From Macrostomum hystrix (lineage: Eukaryota; Animalia; Platyhelminthes), in assembly GCA_950097015.1 (NCBI GenBank), contig CATNEN010000008.1, forward strand, positions 2,914,001 to 2,978,000: a stretch of DNA of 64,000 nucleotides. Direction: 5' to 3'. The notes below the pieces were generated by a model. The model saw only the letters and a list, made by a program, of their open reading frames with translations, did not search any database and was not told where the DNA came from. Positions 12,421 to 24,734 of the stretch are shown here, piece after piece. Made by a program: the position numbers and the translations under genes. Positions within the stretch are counted from its first letter, which is position 1, and each line of letters starts with the position of its first letter.

Positions 12421-14599
12421 CCTCTACTGCTACAACCTCTAAGCTGCCCTTCTTCAATAAGCTGCCCTTACTCGAGCTTAGTGAGAAACTGTCTTATAGT
12501 TTCTTATAGGCTTTTCTACTTTTTACCTCAGTGTTTCCCAAATTCTGCGTTCTCTAATAAAACTGGAAATATTGCATTTTTTGTCATAGTCGCAGCAGAA
12601 GTATCAAACAGGCACCTTGATAGCGATCAACCGGGTGGAAAGTGGAAAACGAATATTTTATTAACAACAAAAGGTATTATTAGGTACCTAGCCTAACTTA
12701 TGAAAGCTTGCATACGGGTTATTACTTTGGGACAGAACTTAGGATTGCAGGTCCCTGGTTTTTGTGACTACGGCCTTTGTAGACTGATTTCCAGAGTCTA
12801 TTATATATGCACTGGCTGGTTTAGATCGATGGAACAGTTTCGAATCATCTAACAGTCGAAGCAGCCATGATTAACAATGCGAATACTTGACATCCTGCTT
12901 ACCTGATAATTAACAGTCACCTTGATGCTGCAAAATCTCCTTGTACTCAAAATCCAGGGGCTGTAGAATTCTGAATAGAATTAGCTGACAAATTCAAAAC
13001 TACTCGTATTTATGCTGAGAGCAGAACTAAAACCTCAGCTTGCTTGTTTGAGTGCTCAAATTTTCGCTTGCGAGTCGGACAGTCAAAGAAAAAGGGGAAG
13101 TCCATCTTCCTCACAGTCAATAATTTGCTAGTAATTATAATGACAAGAAATTGGCTTCGAAGCAGTGCACATCGTATTTAAATGATGTGCACATCCTAGA
13201 TTGGAGGCTGATTGCAAGCTTGCAAGTGAGTGCTGAATAATGACAATATTTTCTAAAACATTATTGGGGGGAGTTGCATCGGCCTAAACCATAAAAACGG
13301 AAATCAATTGCTTCGACTCAGCCAAATTCGCAATCACCAAGAAATAGCATTCACTTCTTCGTCCTCTTATAATGTTCAGGTAAAAAATCCTGTGTGGATT
13401 ATACCTCATTCCAAGCAACAGATTTTCACTGCTTCTGTCCGAAGAAATTTGTAGCAAAGCAAGCAAGTGAGTTGACTGAATCAACCGTCGCGCTATCGGG
13501 ACCTGCGACCAGCGATGCACTGTTTGTTAGTACAATTTCAGAAATTTAGCTTTCACTAACTCAGTTTCTCACTCTATGAGAGGCAAAATAGATTTGTAGC
13601 TGAGCTACAAAACAGCTGAGTGGATTTCTCAAGCAGAAGTGTCCAAGCGTTTGCTTGGAGTTGTTGGAGCGAGGAGGAAGAGGCAGAGAGTGAGAATTTT
13701 AGTCACCAATGCCCCATTTTGGAGGAGCCGCTTCCATGGAACGACAGCCCAGCTCCGCGACCAACAATAATTTGAATGTAATGCGCGTGAACGCTGACAA
13801 TGGTCCGTGAGTACTTGAAAGAAAGTACTCCTTAAAAGAAATTGTTCACTGGCGCCGACTGACGCTCCACTATTGGGAAGCCACTAATAAATATTTTAGT
13901 AACATGAAATGGCAGGATTTTTCTGATGGAACGTCTCCGAAATCCCACTAATCCCCGTCTCATACTTTGGTTAATAATTTTAAGCTGTATTATTTGCTGA
14001 ATTTGCACATTTAAGAGTTAGCTATAGCTCTCGTCTTTGGCAACTAAGTTTCCAAATCTTGCAATAAAAATTCGCTCGCAGTGAGGACGTTAACTTAGCT
14101 AATGGCGGGAAATGGATTTTTTGTCAGCTAATACTCTTAACTTACGAGCGCATTCCCAGCTTCCCAAATTCCCAACTCGCATTCCCACATTTTCTCCCAA
14201 AGGACCATTGTTCCTCGTATAGTTTTCTCCGCTCCGCTCAGTTAGTATAAGTTATTATCTAACGGAATTGGACCATAGACAACGGCACCGAGCCGGCTGC
14301 TGTGCATTTCAAATTCGTTTCGAATTTATTATTAGAAAATATACTAATTATGTATACTAATTAGAAAATAAAATATGCTATTTACCGCCCGTAAAAAAGG
14401 CCTCGACCGATTGGAATAAAAATGTCCATGGTATCAAATTATTTTTATTTTTGCCACGTCGTTCACTTTTTGAGTTGCATAGAAACTCGTACAGCTACTT
14501 TCTTCTTCAAACGATGCACTAGAGACGTTTACATTTTATTTTCATTTCATTTTCATTTTGGGTTAGAAGTGTGCGACAGGGAAATTATCAATAGTAAAA

Positions 14600-14770
14600 T
14601 TGCCAAGGGGGATTGCCAACCCCGGACAGTTTTTTGTGCCACACCCGAACGGAGCAACGCAAGCACGAGAAACTCAAGAACACGTATGTTGCGCATCTTC
14701 TAAAACGAAAATCAAGTCGCCAGCTCTTCAGGCCGTCGAGATATTCAATGGTTCTTGCCGAAGGTCGGAT
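14600..14770. repeat. Dispersed repeat copy (same family as 1-200, opposite orientation)
   Basis: Visual alignment to the reverse complement of 1-190. Confidence 0.75.
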
Positions 14771-15959
14771 TTTTACCATAAGCGCTAGTGCCTTACATAC
14801 ACCCCTATCCACGAATACACGCATTAGCACTGCGCCTCAGTGCGGCCTTGCATGTCACCCGAATGTGCCTGCATCATCTCCGTCTTCGGTGGTCACCTAC
14901 CTTGATCTAGACGGACTGCTGGACCCTCAAGGGCTACAGCAGGTGAAACTTGCATTGACTAGACTTGACTAGACTGTATAAAATAGACAAGTCTAGCCAA
15001 CAATTGAGTCAAAAAATGAATTGTTTGTCTATGGCCCGTTCATCAATGCCGTGCAGCAATAGCGTGATTGCACAGAGGTTTTAAATTTCAAACTGTGTGC
15101 CAAAGTCACCAAAAAACTCTTTCTCTGCAATGATAGAATGCCCGATTTCTAAAAAAATAGAGCTAGAGACCTGCTCGAATGCACAGCAAGCTCGCTCGCG
15201 AGTACGAGCTATAAACCTGCGTTGACCGTCTTCAAAGTCCCATTGAAAGGCGTAGCACATACGCCGGCGCGGAGCGTTCACACGTCGTGATGTCGGCTTG
15301 AATGGATCCCATTCGCGTCGATTAAGTCATTCAGTCGCTCTAATGACCTCCTCTCGTCATACAGGAACTGGCGACACAACATTCCTCATCCAGCTCGTCC
15401 ACCGACTGATCAAAATCCTTGAGAGAAAGTGCTTCAGCAGCTTTTTCAAAGTCGAAATCATCCATGTACTTCTCGATCTCGGCACCAGTATTCGGCAATC
15501 AGTGGAGATAGCGGTGGATGGGCGCTCAATTTGCTTGAACAATGGCCGCCACTGATCCCTTCTCTGTCTTGGTGAAAATATACGCTTAAATTCGTTGATC
15601 CTTTTCATGTACATTTAATGTAAATTTGCATGTAAAGGCAGATAATGAATCCAGGGTTGTAGGAAACTGGAGTCACAGAAAGAAAATTTTTTTTTCTGCA
15701 TTGACACTCGAATTTGTAGAATCAACGAAAAGCTAGATTAGATTTCAAAGGATAAGGCAAATTACCATAATTAATTAGCAATCTGACACAATGAAAGCCC
15801 ATCTAAATTGTGTTTCTCATTTAGTCAAATCTGCGAGACTGATGGATCACTCCAGACCTTTTTAGATTCTTGCCAGCTGTCAACTGCATACTACTCATGC
15901 TGCTTCATTTCATAGCAAAAAACTCGCTAGATAAACGTATCGGAAGTTATAATAATGAT

Positions 15960-16271
15960 AAAAATAACTGCAGGAGGGCAGCGGGCCATGGCACATATTT
16001 GGGGACTCACAAGATAGACTCACAGCCAGCAAGGAGGCAATTCTGCCCATTTCGCTGACTCCTGAGCACACATGCACACAGATACCATACACAGGCACAC
16101 ACACACAGGTGTGTACATTTGCCCTGGCCCTCAATGGCTTGAATTGCACGACAAGTCCCAACGCTTTCTCTCCGCGGCTGCGCCCCGAATGAATGTGGCC
16201 TCGCCGCGGAATCGAGCTCATGGACCTTGGTGTGAGAGGCAAACGCGTTAACCGCTCTGCCACTCACCCCC
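15960..16271 (-). mobile_element. tRNA-derived SINE, family B (most complete copy)
   Basis: Minus strand has A-box-like TGGCAGAGCGG (16252-16262) and B-box-like GAGCTCGATTCC (16208-16219). The body is shared with 850-1110, 39920-40100, 48430-48680 and 57465-57510. Confidence 0.75.
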
Positions 16272-16965
16272 TGTATTTGATGTTATAAGCATGATAAAAT
16301 CGGACTTAGCTACTCACAGTAGCTTTGTGTATCAGCAAACATTCGTACATAGCCCCCCGATTTCAATCCTATGGGCAGACTACAGGTCTTCTCTTGCAAG
16401 CAATTTGTCCAGTGGAATTGGTTTTCGAACTCTGTTGATAATTATCAATTTTCTTTCCCAAGCATGCCAAGCATGTAGCTTGTAGCCCGGCGGTCGATGC
16501 TTCCGCGTTCTGATTGAGAGGCCGCGGCATTCCGAATCTCAGCCAAAGCCACACATTTTTTGTTCTTAATCAAGACAGTTGATTCACCCTTGTTTTAGTC
16601 CACCCAGCTGTACTAGAATTAAATTTTGCATCTTCAGTCCTAGGACTGAACATCATTTGATGCTTGCGCAACAGCTGCGGCTGTGCCACTGACTGTTCAT
16701 CAGGCTAAAGTGGGCTAGCTGTCATTTCTATTCTTTTTCTATTATTTTTTCTAAATACCATAGGAAAATATTCGACAGGTTCCATGATAAGGCCGGAGAA
16801 CATGTCATGAAAAGATCTGACTTTCTTACCTTTTCTAACGTCAGTTGGAGGTGTCAAAGCTACTATTGCTCAGTTAGCACTGAGTTATTTATTATGAATT
16901 ACTTAGTTACTATTCTCAGAAAAAGGGTACTTAATCATTTAGGTTGATAAACTGGGCAGCATGTT

Positions 16966-17142
16966 CAGTGGCGTAGCGAGGGGGGTATCGGTGTATCGGC
17001 CGATACCACCAAAATTTGATGTCTCAAATGTTTTCGCATTCCGTTTCTTCGAAAGAAATGAATTAATAATAGTTTTTTATTCTGGATACGCTGGATAGAA
17101 CCAAAACCGATATCCCCAAAAAAAATCCTGGCTACGCCCCTA
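16966..17142. mobile_element. hAT-type MITE, 177 bp
   Basis: Imperfect TIRs CAGTGGCGTAGC / GCTACGCCCCTA with a perfect 8-bp TSD AGCATGTT (16958-16965 and 17143-17150). Confidence 0.85.
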
Positions 17143-18669
17143 AGCATGTTTAAGAAAAGTTAGAAATACATATGCATTTGTAGTGTAAGATAATTACTCA
17201 GCAAAATTATTTTTATTATATCCTAGTCGATTTCAATATATAAGCACAGATCGAGTAAACTGTAAGCTGAGCTTCTGTTGCAAAAATTCTAATCGAATGC
17301 TGTTTATTACTTCTCTAAGTGAGGGAGCAAGCGATTTTAATATTTATTGATCTGGTGTCCCCAAAGAAGATTTCTACTTGTTATCGGACTGCAAGTTACG
17401 TGTGCTTATGGCTCAAATTTGCACTGAAACCTGACTGGCGCCAGCATTCTGACGCGGGATCGGACTTAGGTTCTCTGCTTTGCAACGAATCGCGCGATCA
17501 TTGATCTCAGAAGCATTTATTGAAATACGCATGGCAGGGCAAGAAAGAGTTTAGACGAATGTCATGGGGTGCACGGTGCTTTTTAAGAGGCTATAACTTT
17601 AGGTGCCGAGGGCGGTAAAGAATTAAGAAAAAAATATCACGACATTCACTGTAGCAAACACGTCACTATTGAAGGCGCAATGAAGACATTTCGGAAGGGT
17701 GGGCTGTTAAGGGGAAAAATTAGGGAAACAAAAACAAAAAGAAAAACAAAAATACTTTACCCTAAAGGGCGTAGCGCACAATAACGTCATTCGATTTTTA
17801 ATATTTGCTGCGCTTCAACTACTGTGCAATATGCATACATGCATGCATGGCTTAAACATTTAAACATTTTATATAATTTTTGCAAAAGTAACAAAATAGT
17901 CATAGAAATCCGAAAACAACATTTTGAGATCACGACCCATTCCGCACTCCAATGTACATTTCGAACGAAAAGTGAAAAATGAAAGCGATTTTAGCTCGTT
18001 AATCATTTATGGACGAACCAAAGATACTAGAAAAAAATTAAAAACTATAAATTTCGAGTATGCATGGGATGAACAGAAACGTATCCCAGAGTTTCTTGGG
18101 GCCATAGTTGATTTGAAGAGAATTTGGAGAGAGTACGTAATTGCGCAGCACAGATTCTCTAGCTTGCACCAACGTTTTTAGACCCGGAAATCTTTGTGAA
18201 CTGCAATGTCCCCTGGTCACCCGCAAGCGGTTTATTGTGCTCAAGTAAATAGATATTTAGATGATGCCAAAACTAACAGAAAGCTTTAGATTTTTTGTTT
18301 TGTTTATGACGACAGACTACCAAACAAAACAAGGGATCATTGGGTGGATGCCGTGATGACCTGCGTCGCATTAGGACAAGTGTAGCCCAAATGTCTTTCT
18401 AGAAATTTTAGGGGTAGGTTGAGAGGAGCTTATTTGTAAACTAGCAAACCAGAAGGAGCTTTTGAATAAGAGAGCTTGAAATATCCAGTTTTACCAAGCC
18501 TGAAGGAGTTTCCTTCTCCCTATAGTAAGCAGAAAAAGACAGGTGCATTTTGAACTGCGTGGGACGTCGGGCATAAAATAATTACTTAAGCCGCATCTGC
18601 CGCGCTTGCAAAAAATTAAGGATCATCGAATTCACAGGGCTTTAACTGAAAACTACAAAGATTCGTCAA

Positions 18670-21600
18670 ATGACGAAGTACTTAAAAGCAATCGCACTGC
18701 TGGCTGTGGCTCTGAACATGATCAGCGGCGCAGCCAGCCTTATAGCCAGCGGTGCCGCGTCAAAATCGGCAGCGGCAAAACCGGGAGCGGCCAGTGGTGG
18801 AGCCAAAGCTGACGGAGGTGGCAAACCGGATGCTGCTCAGTACCAGGGAGCAGCAGACGCCGTTGCAGCAGCGATCGGCAAGTCGACAGAGCAGACCAAA
18901 GAACTGCTCGCCACCCTCATGGCGTCGGTGAAGAAAGACCCCGGCCAGCTCATTACCAAAGAAATGTTACAGAAGCTCGTGCAGGAGCACGCTTTCCTGC
19001 CGCAGAAGGCGGGAACTCGCTCCGTCAGTCTGCAGGCCGATCAGGGATTCAACGGATTCTCCAACTACCAGCCATCGGGATGGATAATGACGGAAACTGT
19101 GAGCGGTCCAGCTGACAAAGTGCAACAGACCACAGATGAGAAGGTGCCCGTCTACACATACCCAAAGGGAGTGGGTCCTGTGCTTATCAACAGCTGCACT
19201 GCTCAAAATTACACAGCTAAGAGTCCATGCTACTCTAGCAAACAACCAGGTGAAGGAAAGGTGATCTGTCCGAATCTCATGGATGCCGCTGCGTACGTGG
19301 GCGTGGGCTTCGATGGTCGCGGATTCTACAAGATCGAGAGTCGTAGGGCCAGTCTGGTGCAGCGGTCGTGTGCTAATCTCGCCAGCTTCATGGGCAAAGA
19401 TGTACCGGACACAATGAATGTATTTGGCATCTTCGAGACCACGGCCGAGACCAAGTCCTTCCAGTCGGCCGACGAGTACCTCAGCTACATTAGAGAGAAG
19501 GCCGGTCTTTCAGACCAGAAGAACCTCTTCCTGAGCGAGGCCAACAAGTATTCCAGTTCAAGCGGGTTTGGAATGAATCTTGGTGCAATCGGTGCCATCG
19601 CTGGAGGTGCAATCGGAGCTGCTGTCGCAGGTCCTGCTGGTGCAATGCTGGGAGCTACTCTGGGCGGCGCAGTCGGAGGCTCAATCTCGGGAGGAAAGGC
19701 GAGCGGCTCAGGCAGTCAGTCGGCTAAGGACGAAGGAAGATCCTCATCTCTGGTAACGCAAACGGATAAAGCAAATGTACAGCAAGGAGCGTCCAACAGC
19801 TTCTTCGCCATTATGTACGTCAACATCATTCTGTACGAGATCACGCTGGATGAGGTGAGGCCTCAGGACATTAACTTGGCTGCACTGAAGGATTACATGG
19901 GCTTGCCAGAGTCCTATTATTCTGTTGGAGCTGATGTCAAATATCAGAACTTCCTGCTTCGATGGGGAACGCACTTTATTCGCTCTGGAAAGTTTGGTGG
20001 TCAGTTGAAGATCACAAAGACGGCAAGGGCAGAAAGGGTGAAGTCTGCTCAAGAGTTTGCGAGCATTGCTGAGACCGAGTTTCAGTCAATGTTTGCATCG
20101 CTTCAGTCTAAGTACTCACAGGAGACTAGCAGTTGGGGCTTTTTGGGATTTGGTGGTGAATCGCACTCTGCCTCACAAAACGACAAAGCCAAGTCACAGA
20201 GCCAGTACAAGAGCACTCTAGATCAGCAAAGCAAGCTCTCTCAGAGTTTTCGCCAGTCAGAATTCACTCAGACCACAGTCGAGGCTCAGGGTGGAACGCC
20301 AGAGATAGCTGAGGCGATCGTTGATTTCTACACACCTGCATTCAAGCAACTTTATCACAAGTGGATTGTCTCCATCAAGGACTACGTGAAACCGTTTGAG
20401 TTCCAATTGAAGTCCATCGACCAACTGTTCAACATGAACATGGACGACCTCTTCCCGGCGGGAAATCTGGACTTTGGCTGCATGGGAAGTGCTGGCAGCA
20501 CGGTAAAAATCTTAGTTGAACCAAGAACGAAGCGTCGGTACTATCTTGATGAGCAAGCCACTTTCGCCGACAACAAGACTACTACGAAAATGGTGAAAAC
20601 ATATTGCAGATACAGCAGTCTGGAGGACTTCAAGGTTGACTTGGAAAGACGTAGGATCTCTTTGGAGAAGGCTGTGGCAGTTTATATGGCTGAGGGTCCC
20701 TTCCCAACCTCGTCATATGAGTTGGACGCTGGTCAGCCAGGATGTGAGCAAACAACTCTGGGCACCTTGAATCTCCTTAGCAGTGGCGTTAAATCTTTGA
20801 CTTACACTCAGCTCAGCAGGGCTCCATTTCTCATTGCTTTTAACTTACCACAAGAAGTGCCGAATTTGATAAAATCAAATGCAAAGTATGTAATGCTATA
20901 TCGAGCAGACAGATGGTTTGCGACTGAGCCAGGAAGCCAGCACATTCAATTATATGACGGTTGTCAATTGACTGGATACAAGCCCGCTGATACAAAGGTC
21001 TGCTTCTTGAACATCATTCTGACGTATGAGGAGAAATCCGGTTTCTTTCACATCGATCCCATCGACTTTGTTGCATCGAAGCGCCGAAATCCGACCCTAC
21101 CTGACTGGCTCTCAGGCTCCACTGTGGCAAGAGCATCAAGATTTGATATTTCTGGAGACTCTGCTACCCAGGCGGGATCTGTACCATGCAATGTGAAGTG
21201 GCTGAACTCTCACCGCCTTGACCCGGGCAAGGAGGAAAACTGCCTTCACTTCACAGCTGCCAGTGCTGGAGACATATTTGTCACATTCGCATCCATTCCA
21301 AGAGATCACTCCACTTGGTATTACCTGCAGATTAATATGGAAGGTGTTGCCTTCTATAAGGCAATGCAGCTGCAGAAAAAAGACTACCAGAAGGGCATGG
21401 GTACACTCGGAGATAAGAATCTCTACCAGTCCTACTTTGTGTGCATAAACCAGGCGAAAGGTGAGGTTCTCATGCAATTCGGAAAGGCTGACTCAAACAG
21501 CGATGTCGGAACTGTATACTCTGGCTACAAGTTTGCTCAGGACAGCCAATACAGTCGGTTGTCGTTCTATTCCTTCGGTGCAGGCTCGAAACCCGTCTCC

Positions 21601-23949
21601 CTGATGGACATTAGACTTACAAAGCAGATGCCGAAGGTCGAGTGCTTGAATACAAATTATGTATTGCAGGATGGCCACTGCGTCCTAGACTGTCACAAGG
21701 AGTGCATCAACTGCAACTTGGCCAAGGATGACAAGGCTTGTTTTAAGTGCCGCAACGTGAGAATAGAAACGAGAACCACTGTTGGAAGCGTTCAAAGAAA
21801 GACAGTGCAGTGCTTGCCAGTCTGTCCCAAGGGTCATGAACTCAGCGACTCAGCAGAGAAACTATGTGTGCCTTGCAGTGCTGGTCAATTCAAGAGCATG
21901 ACTGGAAATCAGAAGTGTTCGCCGTGTGCCCCTGGAAGCTATAGTGCAGCTGGTGCAGTTGAGTGCACTAAATGCAGCCCTGGAACCTTCAGCGCGACTT
22001 CTGGATCCACTAAGTGTCAAAAATGTGCAGCGGGAACAGCAGCCAACACCAACGGATCAACAGTGTGTACAAAGTGTCGCCCTGGATTCTCCGCTGTTTT
22101 GGGACAGTCAGAGTGTTCGCCGTGCCCTACTGGTCACTTCAGTGCCATTGAAGGCCAATCCAGCTGCCAGATGTGCTCGGTAGGATTCTATGCTGCTACT
22201 CCAGGTCTGACGGCTTGCTCAGCATGCCCTGCTGGTACATCAAGCGCTGAGGGTTCAATGAGCTGCGATAACAATTGCAAGAAGGGAGAGTTCAGCCCAT
22301 CGAAAGGCGTCGCTTGCAGGAAGTGCGCCGCTGGCACATTCAGTGCGAGTGCCGGCTCCGTAAACTGCACTCCATGTCCTGCTGGCACCTACCAATCTAG
22401 TGAGGGTCAGGAGTCGTGCCTTCCGGCCCCGGCTGGGACTTACGCTACGGGTCCTGGAGCAAGCAAGAGCACACCATGTCCCGCGGGGTCTGCAAGTACA
22501 GCAACAGGAAAGTCTAGCGCGTCAGACTGTGTGCCGTGCGCTGCCGGAAGATACTCTGATGCTGCGGGATCCACCGCATGTTCTCTGTGCCCCCGGGGCA
22601 GTTACCAGCCGCTGACAAACCAAAAACATTGCCTTTTCGCAAATCCAGGCAGGTATGTGGACTCAGAAGGTCAGGAGGTGCAAAAGTCTTGTCCACCGGG
22701 GAAGATGTCTGGCATTAAAGCCACAGACTGTACTGCATGCAATGCCGGCAGTTTCGCCAACCAGATTGGTTCCACCTTGTGCAGTCAGTGTCCCGCTGGC
22801 AGCTGGAGTGCCGCAGGTGCCAGCGCGTGCACAGAATGTGCGGCGGGAAAGTTCTCTAGCGCAGGAGCAGCTTCGTGCACTCAGTGCGCAGCCGGCAGTT
22901 TTTCTGGCAAGGTCGGCTCCAGCTCATGCGTGCATTGCCCTGCTGGCACCTGGAGCAACTCGGGCTCAGACAGATGCACCAGCTGCGGCAGCGGTTCATT
23001 CTCTGCTTCAGGCGCGTCTGTCTGCACACCTTGCCCTGCTGGCAGGTACGCCGATTCTGTCGGATCCACCGCCTGCAAAATATGTCCCGCTGGCAGTGCA
23101 AGTGGATCTGGGGCGAGAGACTGCACTCCTTGCCAGCCAGGTACATTTTCATCCGGTTCCGGCTCGGCCACTTGCGCTCCATGCCCAGCTGGTCACTTCT
23201 CACGCGTTGGAGCCTTCAGTTGTAGCCCGTGTAATCCAGGTACTTTTGCGAGCAGCTCAGGCAGTGGCCATTGCAGTCCATGTGCTCCTGGCACATACTC
23301 TAATACTGACCGAGCAACCGGATGTCAGCAGTGCGATTTGACCTTCTCGTTAGCCCGCTATGCCGGATGGAACCAGTGCGAATGGTGCCCTAGAAATGGA
23401 GTCGCTCGCGACAGAAACAGCTGTTATCGTAAGTGAGCAGCTATCTGGTAACTTTGTAATCGTAGATATAATAATCTATTCAATTTTTGACTGACTGGTG
23501 AACCTTTGACGAGTCTTCCGTGCTTTTACACGTTGAAATGTTTTACAACCAACCTTTGCACGTAGAAAATGCTCATCATTGTAGGCAAAGTCAATCCGAC
23601 GTTCTGCTTTCCGCCGCCGAACTGCCAGAAAGCGATTGATTTCAACCGGAACACTTACGCCGAGGTTCCGAGCATTATGTTGCTTAGATTCGACTTTGCT
23701 CCGGCCATAAGACTCAGGAAAATTGTCATCTGGAGTAGGGTTGACTGCTGCCCAGAGCGTTCAAGAAATTTAATGTTTGTTGTGGCAGTCCTAGGAACAA
23801 ATAAAGGGCGCTCTTGCATTACGGATGATAGCCACTTCGGTGTGTACAGAACCCTCGACTGTGCACATGACAATGTGCACACCATTTACGTACAGCAGAC
23901 AAGGGCTCAATATCTCAACGTTGGCGATATTGGATTCTATGCTGAATAA
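18670..23949 (+). CDS. Secreted MACPF (perforin-like) protein with Gly zipper, Cys-rich GCC2/GCC3-like repeats and a C-terminal F-type-lectin-like domain; 2 exons, ~1707 aa
   Basis: Signal peptide MTKYLKAIALLAVALNMISGAAS. MACPF signature WGTHFIRSGKFGG at 19963-20001. About 30 CxxCxxG units at ~21865-23340. Donor C|GTAAGT at 23428/23429 and acceptor CATTGTAG| at 23584/23585 join in frame (phase 1) to KVNPTFC...AIDFNRNTY...WSRVDCCPER, stop 23947-23949. ATTAAA at 23981. Exons 18670-23428 and 23585-23949. Confidence 0.88.
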
Positions 23950-24307
23950 CTGTGTGAACTTCATCCGTTCCTTGATAACAATTAAACAAATCATTTTCCT
24001 AATTGCTCTTTACTTTTGCGGCTAAGTGATTTTTACTAGATATTTTATGGGTTTCCCTACACTGATCGCATATTATGGTTGAGGGGTTCCCAACCTTGTG
24101 GACAACCGAGGCCAAATGTTCATCTTGGTCTTCACTGCCGATACAAATTATAATAGTTGTATGAGGACTGTGCGGGCAATACCACATTATTTGGTGACAA
24201 TAGACCCGCAGCCAGCGAGAGGCTATTCTGCACTTCCTGCTGGCCAACGCGTTAACCGTTCTACCACTTAACCCTCCTCCGGTGGTAAGGGTCAAGCTAA
24301 TTGACTA

Positions 24308-24734
24308 CCCTGTAAAAAATTCGGCTGCTTCTTCGGCGGGTTTTTTTGTGCAAAATAGGAGTGTAATCTACCAAAATCCCCCTATCCCCCTAGAGTTAAA
24401 GAAACCACCCAGGAAGCAGCCGATGTAACCGTAAATTGTGCGGAAACCGCCGAAGAATCGCCCGAACCAGTGGCCCATGGGACAACCAGAGAATTACGAG
24501 CGATTTACGGGCGATTCCTCGGCGGTTTCTGAGCATGGAATCTTTCGAACTGGAGGATTCTTTGGGTGATTCCATTTCGCCACCAAGAAGCACCGAGAAA
24601 ATGCCCAGTTGGGTAGATTCTAAGCATGGAATCATCCGATTTGTATGTTTCCAGCGTTCAGCTGTTTCTTTTTCTGGAAACACCGCAGATTCCAACTGGA
24701 ATCACCCAAAGAAACATCCCTATTTTTTAGCGGG
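24308..24734. mobile_element. Candidate MITE with imperfect TIRs and TA flanks
   Basis: TA|CCCTGTAAAAAAT at the left end and ATTTTTTAGCGGG|TA at the right end; no coding capacity. Confidence 0.4.

Noticed and set aside
15330-15500. Short minus-strand acidic frame (GAEIEKYMDDFDFEKAAEAL...)
   Set aside because: Only ~50 codons, bounded by stops, with no splice acceptor or recognisable family.
23569-23949. Separate 126-aa lectin gene
   Set aside because: No signal peptide; it is better explained as exon 2 of the MACPF gene because the splice sites are phase-compatible.
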